Below are positions 49,523 through 63,307 of a stretch of 64,000 nt of DNA, one piece after another (within the stretch, counting starts at the first letter, position 1; the number at the start of each line of letters is the position of its first letter). The stretch lies in assembly GCA_963514005.1 (NCBI GenBank), contig OY740788.1, positions 54,746,001 through 54,810,000 on the forward strand, given 5' to 3'. Source of the DNA: Raja brachyura. Its lineage: Eukaryota. The notes beneath the pieces were generated by a model. That model was not told the origin of the DNA. It was given only the letters and a program-made list of their open reading frames with translations, and did no database searches. The position numbers were made by a program, and so were the translations under genes.

Positions 49523-52500
49523 GCGGTATTGCTGGCAGAATCTGAGCCAGATTCAGAAAGTAAAAATACCTGATGCGGCCTGACTTCCAGAGTATTTCCA
49601 GCAGTTTGTGTTTTCATATTAGTTTACCAGGCATTTGCTTAGCATTCCCTGAATATACACATATGCTTTTATCGATCATTACCGATGTAGATAGCTCTTG
49701 TTTCTTCTACTTCAATAAGATACAATGGAAGACAGCAACACGGCAAAAGAGTTTCCACACTTTAGGGTTAGTTCGAGATTGATTTAAATTTCAATGTAAA
49801 ACGTGTTTCGGTCAATTTCCCACACAATAATAGTTGCCGTCATATTTTTAATTAAATACAATTCTTTCAAGCTCGCTGGTCGGCTTAGGTTCGGTGGGCC
49901 GAAGGGCTGTATCTCTAAATTAAACTAAACTAAACTAAAGACATCGTGATATCTTTACTCAATGCTCATTTTCAAATTCATTGAATAAATCGTTAATATG
50001 TTTTATCTTGCTGGAAATATAAAATGTCAAATGTGTTTATTTATTTATCTGCCTAACCAAGACGTGAGCTTCCTACATTATACTTAATTTAAAGTGTTCT
50101 CAAATAAGACCGAAAAACTGTGCTGAGATTTAAAGATGTCTAAGTTTGTCATAGTTATTATTACACTCCTTATTTTTAATTGCCTTATTTGGTGAATCAT
50201 AATTTGTTGTGAAACGTGCTCGGGGAATAGGATATAATACATAATTCACTCGAATTCTATGGAAATCTAAATTATTCTCTTGGATAAATATATTAAGCAG
50301 GAAATTCAAACAGACAACATAAACACATATAGTACACGATAACGAATATGCAAAACAACCTAAAAGCAAATCGATGTTAAAGAGGAAACGACATATTGGG
50401 CTCAAACGAGTTTTTAAATGAAATGTGATCAGTTGTTTCATTCCGGAAGCATAGTTTTGTAACACAGACTCCAGAATGTTGCAAGAGCATAATTTAGAGT
50501 AAGTAAGTTTATTGGCCAAGTATTCACATACAAGGAATTTGCCTTGGTGCTCCGTCCACAGGTAACAACATGACATACAGTGACAGTTACGACAGTGGTA
50601 TATCAGAACAAAGTTTGCTGACAACTGATTCCGCATCAGCTATTTATGATGGACTATTAATTGGTACATCATTTGGCCAACGGCTCGTAGCTACGCCGAT
50701 TTATTTTTGGTATATTTTGATCACCAGAACAGAATATCACATTTTATTATGGTGTCATTCCGGAAACAGTTCATTCAGGCTCGTCTTTTTTTTTGTTGAA
50801 AAATAGTCTCTACAATCGTGTTTCCAACGCCAAATCCTATCCTGTGTCCGTGATAATTCAATAACATGTATCTCACATTTTAATTATATCGAACCCATTT
50901 CCAAGCAACATACCCCTGGTTATCCTGATCGTGTTTTAATGATGAAATGTATAGAGAACGTGATACGGACCAGTTCTGATTCCTATTTTTTACTATTTAT
51001 ACGCTCCCATTTATATAATTAATTAATATTTATATACGTAATCCACATATGAATAATAATATTCATACGTTTCATAGAAACATTATGCAGGCATTGAGAA
51101 CTTTCATAGAGCGGTGAGAACTTGAACAAGTTTTTATTTTATATTGTAAACAATAAATCAAGTTGCCCGAAGGCCGTACATGAGTCGATGCATTTGTGTT
51201 AGCAACTGAGGCCACTGTTTTAAATATGGGGTCAGGACACAGAAGCTGTTTACTTTGCTTTCCATGCACTGAACAAAGAAACGCAAGCCTACGTTCTCAT
51301 TAGTTCGCCATATCTCAAAATGTTTCACCCAACACTCTTGCAGTGTAAAGAGGCAAACGCAATAAAAGTGAATGATTTTGTTTTACAATGTTTTGGATTT
51401 GCGTGCAAAGCAAGCTCCTGCTTGCCCTGGAAATACACCATTATCGTGGGGCTCAGAGAGGGAAGAAGAAAAAACAAAGCTGTGAATGCGACTACCTAAC
51501 GGGACGCATCACAAAAGAACGTCGTATTGAATGGTTATGGGTTGCTGTAGCCTCAAAAAGCATTTACGCATAAGTTACAGGAGAGATGGGTCTAGGTTGA
51601 ATTGGTATTTACGTTTTAATTAAGTGAACAAATTGGCGGTTGCTATTGAAAGAGGAGGGTGAAGTGTCATGGAAAGGTAATGGGAAATTGCTGGGAAGCA
51701 GCTGGTGGCGACGAGGTCTGGTTCAAGCAGCGGTCAGAGCGGCTGCCATCTTTTGTTTTCCTTCTTTCTGAATCCACTTCCTTCCTGCAAGGGATGTACT
51801 CAGCGTCTTCGCTGCGGCTTTCTCCCGATTCTGCAGCAGTCGACCCGAATGTTTGTTTTCCTTTTGTCAGCTTTTGCCAAACAGGAAAACAACCAATATC
51901 ATTGCATCATCAATGGAACTTCATTCCTATGTAGGTTCTCTCCCATCTGGTAATTTCAGGCTGGATCAAACACAGGCAACGACACATTTTAATTGGTGTT
52001 TTCTATTAACATTGTAACAAGTTAAACTGAGTACGTGTAATTACTCCCAAGTGTTGTCACGCCACCCCTTCCCATTTAAACTTGGACATCCCAACCTCCA
52101 GTAGGGGAAATGCACGGCTGCTCTTTTACTGCAACAAAGATCGTGGGCTTCACATAAAATGTGGCACTGTCCCAGCCAAAAAAAACCCCACGTCGTTAAA
52201 AAAAAGAAGCCAGTACAACAACATGACTGAAAGTTGACAACTCTGTATGGAATGACAAATTGGACTTGAATGATATCGACCAGTGACGGCCAATCAAACT
52301 CTTATGTTTTATTTACCAACATGTCACCAAGGCGAAACGTGGCAGTCTCTTGCTTTCAAGGTTCTGTGGAAAGAGCCAAACTCAGCAAAGTGAACTGTTT
52401 TGCCATCAAGCTTTGGTATAATCGTTTGACAGTCTATGTTATCATGCAACATAATGAAACACAGTATTTGTGACAATTTGCTCATATTTCATCAAACAGT

Positions 52501-52734
52501 GCATTAAACCACATTGTTGTTTTGTCTTAAACATGGTTTTAAGACAAATAAGAGAACAGAGCCTGAATCTTACATCTAACCTACAAAATTATTGAACATG
52601 GCAGAAGCTTCTTGTAAAATTTCCACTAATTTATCTTAATGGTATGAGAAAAATACTTACCCATTACAATTCACAGGTTGCTGACATTATTTATCGGTAG
52701 CTGACATTATTGTAAATTTTAAAATGTAATAGTT

Positions 52735-53030
52735 AAGTGTCAAGAGTGTCAAGAGTATTTAATTGTCATATGTACCGACAACTGAGCAATGAAATTCTTA
52801 CTTGCAGCAGCATAACAGGTCCGTAAAAATAACACACATAGATAATATATAATAAAGAAAAACAACAATAAATTAAGAACCCCAATAGTAGTGCAAAAAA
52901 AGCCCAAAGCAACAAAAGACATGATTCATATTTGAGGTTAGTGTTGTGTAGTGTTCAAGAGCCTGATGGTCGTTGGGAAGAAGATATTCTTGAACCCCGT
53001 GGTCCCAGTTTTCTGACTCCTATACATGCC
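52735..53030 (-). mobile_element. Rex1-like LINE 3' end; related tails at 1693-1741, 1840-2245, 11423-11607, 58827-59025, 61460-61850 (-) and 60875-61050, 63625-63700 (+)
   Basis: Shared GACAATAAA plus (CTAAA)n or (TCTTGA)n tails and the GAAGCTGTTCCTGAAC motif. Confidence 0.7.
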
Positions 53031-53274
53031 TTATTATGTGGTCAGTATGTTATCAAAGCATAAGAATGTAAAATATGCACAATAATAAACAAATATTAAA
53101 AGATCTATTCTGTGAGCCAAGTTGTAGCACCCAGCAATGTGATGCAAAATTGTGACACAACATAACTTTAATTTAATTCCCCAGCAGTCTTGCATGTGAT
53201 GTATTACGTGTGTTATTATCAAGAACGTCAAAAAACATGATAAGGTTTTTTATATTCTTGATAATAACACCACA

Positions 53275-53737
53275 TATGATGAGCGTTTGATGGCTCTGAT
53301 CCTGTATTCACTGGAGGTTAGAAGGATGAGAGGAACCTCATTGAAACTTACCAAATAGTGAAAGGCCTGGATCGAGTAGATGTGGAGAGGATGTTTCCAC
53401 AAATGAGAGAGTCTAGGACTAGAGGGCACAGCCTCAGGATAAAAGGCCGTACCATTAGAAGGGAGATAGGAAAGGGAGGGGGGGGGGGGGGGAATTTCTT
53501 TAGTCAGAGCATGGTGAATCAGTGGAATTCATTGCCACAGACGGCTGTGGATGTCAAGTCTTTGGGTATTTTTAAAGCAGTGATTGACAGGTTATTGATT
53601 AGTAAGGGTCTCAAAGGTTATGGGGAGATGGCAGGAGAATGGGATTGAGAGGGAAAGATAGATCAGCTATGATTAAATGGCAGAGTAGACTCGATGGGCT
53701 GAATAGCCTAATTCTGCTCCTTTGGCTTATGAGCTTA
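53275..53737 (+). mobile_element. CR1 3' end
   Basis: KGLDRVDVERMFP..ESRTRGHSLRIKG...WNSLPQTAV. Confidence 0.88.
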
Positions 53738-54277
53738 CAAAAGCACACCTGTTATCCATAGTAATTTGCCAACAATCCATGATAAAATATTACACTATCA
53801 TACTGTAATATGTCATTAAAGTGGGATAAGGGATAATACTATTCCAAAAAGTCATCAAAGAAATAACTACTTGGTACTTTTGTTTACAAACAATGTATTG
53901 TTGCAGTCCACAAATCCACTATTACCTGGGGAAAATGTTTTTTAAAAGAAGCATGACAAAGTATAGTAAAGACAGTAAATAAACTTTTTTATATAAAATT
54001 ATGCATAGCTGTGTCATCTTCCAGTAGCACATCACAGAAACTTCTATAGCTATCCAGTTTTTTCCCCCCAAAGGTTGTCTGGTGTGCTTTAAAGGCTGTG
54101 GCCTTTCCAACTTTCGAACAGGTTAGTGGAATATTAGTCCTTGAATATTGAATTGACAAATAGTCGGCAAATTGTCTTGGTGTGCAGGCACAACTTGCCT
54201 GCTTGTGATATTCCTGTCTCAAAGCCATATGGTGATGACTTGAACATCACCCCAGAAAACATTTCTATTGAAGGCAT

Positions 54278-55350
54278 AAGGAACTTCAGATGCACAAACT
54301 TGAGCAAAACAAAGTGCTGGAGGAACTCAGCTGGCCATCTGTGGAGGACAGTGGACAGATTACATTTCAGGTTGGGACCCTTCTTTGACTTGTTGGAGAA
54401 GGGGAGAGAAAACATTCAACGAGAGGTGGGGATGGGACAAAGCCTGGCGTGATAGGTAGATAAAGGTGATGGGAGCAGGGTTTTTTGTTATATGTGGCCC
54501 CTAGTGGCTAAAGGGATCAGGGGGTATGGAGAGAAGGCAGGTATCGGACACTGAGTTGAATGATTAGCCATGATCATATTGAATAGCAAAGTAAAGTGCA
54601 GGCCTGAAGGGCCGAATGGCCTACTCCTGCACCTATTTTCTATGTTTCTATGTTTCTATGTTTGGTACATGGACAGAGTAAGTCCCCTATTTCCAATTTC
54701 AAGGTTAGTTTATTGTCACATGTACCAATTAAGGTACAGTGAAATCCGAATTACCATACAGGCGTACTAAAACAAACACAAGGCACACAACTACGTAAAA
54801 GTCAACATAAACATTCACTACAGCAGATTCCCCACATTCCTCATTGTGATGGAAGGCAATAAAGTCCAAACTTCTTCCTCTTTTAATCTCCCGCGGTCGG
54901 GGCAGTCGAACCCACCATCACGGCGATCGAAGCTTCCACAGCCGGCGGTCAAAGTCCCCTCTCTCTACATGCACTGTCGCCTTCCACTCATATCCCTCCC
55001 TCTAGTTTTACATTTTACTCTTCCTCACCACTCCTTATCTGACACTTTTTTATGAGTGGGTTACCTTGACACTTAAATATTTCAATCTTTAATGGGTCTC
55101 CTTTTCACCTCTAGCTTTTGTCAGTTACTCCACCCACCAGTCAAGCAATCCTGCCCCCTCACCAGCATCCACCTATCACTTGCCAGGCTTAGTACCACCA
55201 CCACCACCACCACTATTTTCTAGATTTCTCCTCCGTACTCCTATCAGTTTGAAGAAATATCCCGATCTGAAATGTCATTTGTTCATTCCGTCCACAAATA
55301 CTGCCTGCTCCGCTAAGTTCCTGCAGCACTTCATTTCTTTAAACCTTGAT
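54278..55350. mobile_element. Inverted PLE pair with nested CR1 (54495-54662, +) and LINE tail (54700-54960, -)
   Basis: Minus arm 54278-54480; plus arm 54960-55350 with degenerate core TTGAAGA...GAAATGTC near 55249. Confidence 0.65.
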
Positions 55351-56236
55351 AGTAGGTACTGGAATCTACTGTTTAAATGTTGGACTGACATGATATGAAT
55401 CACATTTACCAAGATGATCCCTAGCTCACAGGAATGACATCTGTCCCAGATTCAGAAGATAAATGAATTGATCCCTTTTCTAAAATGTCCTGAAGGGCAG
55501 GTGTTGTAATGCAGTCCATCACCACTGAGGCAGAACTAAGATAGCTAGATCCAGATTTTATTACCAGTAACTCACATGCAGTAATCCTGTTTCATAATGA
55601 AGAGGGCTCAAGCCTTCCTGCCTCAGAGAGAGGAGGTATTTCTAGTGGCAATAATTGCAGGGGATGGGTGGACACCCAGAACAAAAGAGGACATGGCAGG
55701 GGGTGGGGGGGGGGGGGGGGGGGGGGGGAGGTGGGGGGTGGGGGAGTTGGGGGTTGGAACAAAGAGGGACCATTGGGATTATAATGAGTACTTTGTAACA
55801 TTGTCGCCCCCAGGTACGTAGTGATTCTTTGCATTCTTTATGCATTGTATGTGAAAGCAAAGAATTTCAGTGTTACAAGGTGCATGTGACAATAAAGTAT
55901 CATTGATTGAATTGAAATCTTGGTCACAGTCCACCAATGCAAAGATAAACCAAAGACAAAGTCTTCCTGCCCTCTCATCTATAAATGGATTAATAATTTC
56001 ATGTTTGAGATTGAAACTTCATCCACCCATAGAGAATGAATAATTGGAATGCATCATAAATATAACCCATCAATAGTATATTTACCTCAGAATTTAACAT
56101 TGTTAATTATGCACAGATTTTTTTTTTATAAGAGTGCCAATCTTACGACAATGTCCATTCTCTCGATTTCAAACCAGTGTAAATAAAGCCTCTAGAAACA
56201 AGGAACTGAAGATGCTGGTTTACAATTAAAGAAATA

Positions 56237-57847
56237 CAGTGGCTTGCAAAAGTTTTCATACCCCTTGAACTTTTCCATATTTTGTCACGTTACAACCACA
56301 AATGTAAATGTATTTTATTGGGATTTTATGTGATAGACCAACACAAAGTGGCGCATAATTGTGAAGTGGAAGGAAAATGATACATGGTTTTCAATTTTTT
56401 TTACAAATAAAAAACTGAAATGTGTGGCGTGCAAAACTATTCAGCCCCCTTTACTCTGATACCCCTAAATAAAATCCAGTGCAACCAATTGCCTTCAGAA
56501 GTCACATAATTAGTAAACAGAGTACACTTGTGTGTAATCTAATCTCAGTATAAATACAGCTGTTCTGTGAAGGCCTCAGAGGTTTGTTAGAGAACATTAG
56601 TCAACAAACAACATCATGAAGCCCAAGGAACACACCAGTCAGATCAGGGATAAAGTTGTGGAGAAATTTAAAGCAGGGTTAGGCTATAAAAAAATATCCC
56701 AGGCTTTGAACATCTCACGGAGCACTGTTCAATCCATCATCCGAAAATGGGAAGAGTATGGCACAACTACAAACCTACCAAGACATGGCCGTCCACCTAA
56801 ACTGACAGGCCGGGCAAGGAGAGCATTGATCAGAGAAGTAGCCAAGAGGCCCATGATAACTCTGGAGGAGCTGCAGAGATCCACAGCTCAGGTGGGAGAA
56901 TCTGTCCACAGGACAACTATTAGTTGTGCACTCCACAAATCGGGCCTTTATGGAAGAGTGGCAAGAAGAAAGCCATTGTTGAAACAAAGCCATAAGAAGT
57001 CCCGTTTGCAGTTTGCCACAAGCCATGTGGGGGACACAGCAAACATGTGGAGGAAGGTGCTCTGGTCTGATGAGACCAAAATTGAAGTTATTGGCCTAAA
57101 TGCAAAACGCTATGTGTGGCAGAAAACAAACACTGCACATCACCTTGAACACACCATCCCCACTGTGAAACATGGTGGTGGCAGCATCATGCTGTGGGGA
57201 TGCTTTTCTTCAGCTGGGACAGGGAAGCTGGTCAGAGTTGATGGGAAGATGGATGGAGCCAAATACAGGGCAATCTTGGAAGAAAACCTGTTAGAGTCTG
57301 CAAAAGACTTGAGACTGGGGCGGAGGTTCACCTTCCAGCAGGCCAATGACCCTAAACATACAGCCAGTGCTACAATGGAATGGTTTAGATGAAAGCATAT
57401 TCATGTGTTAGAATGGCCCAGTCAAAGTCCAGACCTAAATCCAATTGAGAATCTCTGGCAAGACTTGCTGTTAACAGACGCTCTCCATCCAATCTGACTG
57501 AGTTTGAGCTATTTTGCAAAGAAGAATAAGCAACAATTTCAGTCTCTAGATGTGCAAAGCTGGTAGAGACATACCACAAAAGATTTGCAGCTGTAATTGC
57601 AGCGAAAGGTGGTTCTACAAAGTATTGACTCAGGGGGGGCTGAATACTTTTGCACGCCACACTTTTCAGTTTTTTATTTGTAATAAAATTTGGAAACCAT
57701 GTATCATTTTCCTTCCACTTCACAATTATGCACAACTTTGTGTTGGTCTATCACATAACATCCCAATAAAATACATTTACGTTTGTGGTTGTAACGTGAC
57801 AAAATATGGAAAAGGTCAAGGGGTATGAATACTTTTGCAAGCCACTG
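56237..57847 (+). mobile_element. Full-length Tc1-family DNA transposon (Passport-like, IR/DR type), 1611 bp
   Basis: TA target duplications at 56235-36 and 57848-49; ~213-bp TIRs starting CAGTGGCTTGCAAAAG (56237-56449, 57635-57847; about 11 mismatches by eye) with inner and outer direct repeats TGCAAAAG/CTATTCA; transposase inside. Confidence 0.95.
56616..57628 (+). pseudogene. Tc1 DD34E transposase, inactivated
   Basis: ORF MKPKEHT...GRPPKL...WSDETK...KHGGGSIMLWGCFS...FQQANDPKH...WFR* then [25 protein letters not shown] and, after a frameshift, ...AAVIAAKGGSTKY*. Premature TGA at 57390-92; second catalytic Asp (QQDND) reads Ala. Confidence 0.92.
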
Positions 57848-58044
57848 TAAAATGCTGGATCAACTAAACTATAAAGACCTTCAAATCATAAAATCACCAC
57901 TCAAGCCATTCTTCATTTTAGCCATAATCTGTAGGACTCATTCCCTGTTTCAACATCCAAAAGTGTGTTTATACTATCAAAATGGTTGAAAGCCAAGTAT
58001 TTAGAGCCACCATCCCATTAGCATAGCCCCTGTAAGAACAATTG

Positions 58045-58400
58045 AGAATGGCTCAGTTACAGTATTCTCCCTCTGCGTCAGCAAATTCTGAATTCAAGAT
58101 CTATTCCAGAACTTTAGAGTAATGATCAGATTCATCATTGATAGCTCTGTACAATGGAGGAAGTGTGTTAATGGAAGATGTGCCAGTTTTCTGGTGAGAC
58201 ATAAAGCAGGAGCCCTTATAGTCTTCCCATGTTAAAATTAAAGATCTTCTGGGCATCCATAGGAGAAGAACTGGATATCTCTCTGCTTTCCTGTATTGCT
58301 ATTTGAGGACCTTGTTAATTACAATTGGTTATGTGTTAAGAACGATACCAAAAGTATTTCACGGTCTATAAAGGCTTTGGGAGGTCTGGAGATCCTGCAT
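58045..58400 (+). mobile_element. Ancient Deu-domain SINE (SacSINE1/AmnSINE-like)
   Basis: Degenerate tRNA head TGGCTCAG...TTCAAG, Deu-like core (GTGCC.GT.TT..GGTGAGAC.TAAA.C...AAAGATC...GGCA...GAAGA) and tail AAAGGCTTTGGGA; matched from recalled consensus. Confidence 0.55.
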
Positions 58401-60187
58401 TTATTTTCTTGTGCAAATCCATCTCCAAGCTCACTTGATAATTTAGCTTCACGTTTATTCTATTGTGGATAACCATGTTGTTGGAAAAGGATAGGCGTAC
58501 TGTTATTCTCCAATTACCCTTTGAAATACAGTTATAGAGTCATAGCCATGCAGCTCTAAAACAGATCTTTCAGCCCAACTTGCCCATGCGATCAAGATGC
58601 TCCATCTTGCCTTGTCCCACCTGGTCACATTTGGCTCAGATTTATCTAATCCTTTCCCATCCATGTACCTGTCCAAGTGTCTCATCAATATTGCTGTTGT
58701 ACACTTTCTGCTGAAGATATTCGCACTGTCCTATTGGCTCGGAACTTCACAATAATGAAGGAATGACAAATATCGGAAAGAAATATGTGGAGGGGAACCT
58801 ACTGATGGTATTTCCACCAGTAGAAGTTTAGTTTAAATTAGTTAATTGTTACGTACATCAAGGTGCAGTAAAAGCTTTTTTTCTTGCGTGCTATCCAGTC
58901 AGCGAAAAGATAATACACGATTACAATCAAGCCGTCCACAGTGTACAGATGCACGATAATGGGAATAACATTTAGTGCAAAATGATGGCCAGGAAAGGCT
59001 AATTAAAGGTAGTCTGAGGGTCTCTACTTGGTTCGCCAGTTCTTCGGTCCATGGTTTGGCAGACACTGTAAACTACACGTGTTAATTGACATAGCCTAAG
59101 AAGTAATATTTAGAATGAGCAATATTAAATGGTGCGATCAAAGAACGACAATAAGTAATCAACTGAAATATCGCATAATCGCACAACCTACTGTCATGCA
59201 GTGCACCTACCACAAGGACCTTACTGTAAACGCCATCGGAACACGCACTCTGCCCTGGGACATGCTTTCAAGGTGGGTTAAGTATTGCTCCACAATTTCT
59301 GGGGCAGGGGAAGAGGGCACAAAGTTACTCTTTAAACTTATCCAATACAAACATTATAAATATTCACATCGCGCAAATGACAAGAACCAAGAGTGCTCAC
59401 TTTTTCACTGGGTAAAATAAAATGGGAGTTTCATTTTGGTATAAACATGATTTTTTTCCCCCCATTTCTAACTCAAAAATCACACACTTACAAACCCTGG
59501 TGCCTGGACAGCTCGGTTTTCAAAACCAATATGCTGTCTAGTGTCTGCAAATGATAATTATTTGCAATAGAGTGGTAAACATTGATGGTGCCCCGATCAT
59601 TAACCAAGTGTCCAGATCTTCTGCTCCAAGCTTAATGCACTGAATTGACTGAATACTTTGTCGACCAGTCTTTCAGTGAATTATGGAATTATCAAAATAA
59701 CAAAATGCTGACGGTCTTAATGTATTTACTCTCACAGGTCCTTGCGTGAGTAATATCTGATTTACGAATTCAGTGTAAATATTGCGGTCATTATACAAAG
59801 GGGTAAAAGCTCTGACTAATGGATTAATGCAGAATATAAAGGATAAATGGTCTGCTGTCGTTTTGAACCGATCATCACATTCACTGCAAGAATTTGAAAG
59901 CTCAAAAACAGAGTCCCATGGAAATGAAAATATCTGGATATGTCTACAGCGAACACTAAACAATAACAAAGAGACGCAAGGAGAGATTAGAGATCTCTAT
60001 ATAGATTAAACAGTCAAGAGAGAGTTAGATTTAGCTCTTAGGGCTAAGGGAATCAAGGGTTATTGGGAAAAAGCCGATACTGGGTACTGATTTTGGATGA
60101 TCAGCCATGATCATATTGAATGGCGGTACTGACTCGAAGGACCGAATGGCATACTCCTGCGCTTATTTTCGATGTTTCTATGAAATG

Positions 60188-60570
60188 TAGGTGCTGGCAT
60201 CCTGAGTAAAACACAAAATGCTGGAGTAACTCAGCGGGCCAGGCGGCATCTGCGGAGGGAATGGACAGGCAAGGTTTTGGGTCAGGACCCTTCTTCAGAC
60301 CGAAAGTGTGGTCATTTCCCCAGAGATAAAGCCTGACCGCTGAGTTACTCTAATACTTTGTGTATTACCAAGTAATGACAAGTTTGGTATGAATGAGTTA
60401 GAAAGAATGTAAAGTCCATGTGGCCCAAGTTACTTATAAAGATGTTTGAGCTCCAGCTCCAGTTCCCATCCAAGTCTAAATAAAGTCTTGGTCTGCCGTC
60501 ACGACCCGGAGCGTCACCTGTCCATGCCCTCCACGTTGCTGCCTGACCTGCTGAGTTCCTCCAATACTTT
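60188..60570. mobile_element. PLE terminal-repeat remnants (inverted and direct)
   Basis: ACACAAAATGCTGGAGTAACTCAGCGGG...GACCCTTCTTCAGAC...GCTGAGTTACTC; second piece ~60500-60570. Confidence 0.65.
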
Positions 60571-62019
60571 CTCCTCCCAATGCTCAAATAACACGGGAAT
60601 GCAAAATAGGCATAACTGCCAGATGTCTTCTGAAAATGAACAGCAATGAATGAAGAGTCGGGATGAATATGACGGTGAACTAGAGGAGCTCTCACTTTCA
60701 GAAGGCTGGAGGACCCGGAATCCACCTCCATTTGGCTCCTGTGACCATTGAGAAATGCAACTGCGGCGTGTAAACAACGAGTATTCTGTGTGTTTACGTG
60801 TGGTGATTGTACAAGGCTGCAAACGTTAAAAACAAAACAGTAACACAATGACAGCGAGTAACACGAGATTCCTTCGGACTATCTTTAATTGGACTTCACT
60901 GGACTTTATCTTGCACTAAACGTTATTCCCCATATCATGTATCAGTATACTGTGGATGGCTCGATTGTAATCGTGTATTGTCTCTCGGCACGTAACAAAA
61001 GCTTTTCACTGTACCTCGGTACTAATGACAATAAATTAAAACTAAAACTAACCATGGAGTATGTCAGCAGGAGATTAGTAATGGAGAAGCACAAAGAGCT
61101 CGCTAGAATAAATATACCTCACTGTAGAAAGGCAAACATCAATGAAATATTGTGGATCTGATCCAAGTAAAACTGACTTAAAGACAGGAATGATGAATTA
61201 CATTGAAATAACGAGCACACTTCATTGAGGAAGTACTTCAGCAATAAGTGACATTCCAACAAGGGGAAATGGAGAGAGCAACCACAGCCACAGCTCCCTC
61301 CATGCTAAAGGAGTTAATAGGAAGAAAAATAAATTGTAAATAGACATAGGTTTATAATGTATGGGGAAATCAGGCTGAATGAATAAACTAGAGAAGCTCG
61401 AACGTAAACATTGGGAAAGCAATACAGAGCACAGAATGGTTAACAAAACTAATGTTGGTGTTGGTTTATTAGTGTCATGCGTACTGAGAGACAGTGAAAA
61501 TATGTTGTTTCACGTACTATCCAGTCAAATCAAATCAATTATACTTTAGTACAACCAAACCATAGATGAGTATAACAGGCAGTGCAAGTAGAAAAATAGC
61601 GTTACATTATCACAACATTACAATTACAGAGAAAAAGTTCAATGTCCACAGTGAGGTGAGTTGGAGGGCCATTCAGAGGTCTGATGATAGTGGGGAAGAA
61701 GCAGTTCATCTATCGCCTTTCAAGCTTTTGTATCTTCTACTGACAGGAGAAGGGAGAAGAGGGAATGATTGGGGTTGGAAAGATCCTTGATTTTGTTGGT
61801 TGCTTTCCCAATGCAGCATAAAGTATAGATGGACTTGATGGTGGAGAAGTGCAAGGAACAATCTAGAATAAAAAAACTTCACTGAAGGAAGACTGCACTG
61901 AAATATAGTGCATCTGATCCAAGTAATTAGAGATAAAGACGAGAATGATGAATAGCATTATAATAATGAGTAGACATTTTGGAGGAAATACTTAAGGTAT
62001 AACTGCATTACATTCCAGT

Positions 62020-63200
62020 CTAAGAGATTTAGAGGACTGTTCTCTAATTGTTGGTTGGATGGTTCAGTTGCCTGATAACAACTGGGTAGAAACTGTCCCT
62101 GAATCTGGAGGTGTGCATTTTTCACACTTTTATACCTTTTTCCCCAATGGGACATGGAAGAAGAGGGAGTGGCCAGGGTGTGACTCATCCTTGATAATGC
62201 TGGTTGCCTGTTAAGAGTTACTGGAGATGTGCTAGACTTCCTTTGTCTGCTGATGACGTGGAGGTGTGGTATGAGATCATGGTCATAGCTTAATAATGGC
62301 TTAATGTGTACATTATTGGTGATATTTATGTCTTGGAACTTGAAGCTTTCGACCATCTCCACGTCAGCACCACTGATTTTGATGTGGGCATGTACACCAC
62401 CTCGCGTCCTGAAGTCAATAACATGCTGCTTTATCTTGCTGACATTGAGAGATAGGTTGTTGTCCTGGCATCAAGTTACCAAATCTCTCTAGATCCTTCC
62501 TGCATCTTATCATTGTTCAAGATCCACCCAACTACCTGGTGTCATCTGCAAACGTCTAAATGGAGTTGGAGCAGGATTTTTCTGCAGTTGTGAGCGTCTT
62601 AAGGAACGTGAACACAGCCCTGTGGGGACCAATTTGTTGCAAATTACTGTGGAGGATCTTTTGTCACCTATCCTCACTGATTGTGGTCTATGTGTCAGGA
62701 AGTCAAGGATCCAGTGACAGAGAGGAGTGCTAACTCCTAGGTCCAGGATTTTGAAGATGAGTTTGGTTGAGACTATTGTTACAGATGGAGCTTTAGTCAA
62801 TAAATAGACATCTGTCGTATGGTGCCATGTTATCTAGATGTTCCAGCGATTCATGTAGGGACAGGGAGATGGCATCTGCTGTGAACTTGTGCAACGGTAG
62901 GCAAGATTGCAGTAGATCAAGACTGCCTCAGAGGTTGGAATTAATGTGCACTGTGACTTGTCTTTCGAAGCACTTAATGTTGGTGGATGTCTTTTCATTG
63001 GTACCAGGGTAATTGTGGTCTTCTTATAGCAGGTGGGAACCTCAGATTTAACCTGTTCTCTGCCAAGTTTTTTTTCACTATTGGCCATGACCTGAGTATA
63101 CTTGGGGGTGGCACTGAACAGGTTAAATATGCCTGTTGATCTGCTCAGAGGACATAGTCAGGAACTCTTTCCAGCCAGTTGCTTTCTGGAAATTCACTCT
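62020..63200 (-). mobile_element. Rex1/Babar LINE, degraded RT-containing fragment
   Basis: Minus-strand pieces SEVPTCYKKTTI, LGVSTPLCHWILDFLTHRPQSVRIG, EMVESFKF, typical of Rex1 RT. Confidence 0.8.
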
Positions 63201-63307
63201 AAGGAAGGTCGAAAAATATGTTTAGTGCTGCACCTTCCCCTTTGCTCTATCTATTGTACTTGAGTTTGATTTGTTTGTTTTTATGGAAAGTATATCTGAC
63301 CTGCGTA

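Noticed and set aside
15839-52712. Scattered TAATGTC/GACATTA 7-mers as a Six3 autoregulatory cluster
   Set aside because: About ten were seen, close to chance expectation for an AT-rich 64-kb window; only the promoter-proximal copy was kept.
55698-55753. Poly-G tracts (also 33265, 37689, 44350) as functional G-quadruplexes
   Set aside because: Mostly inside or next to TE remnants, and homopolymer lengths are unreliable in this assembly.
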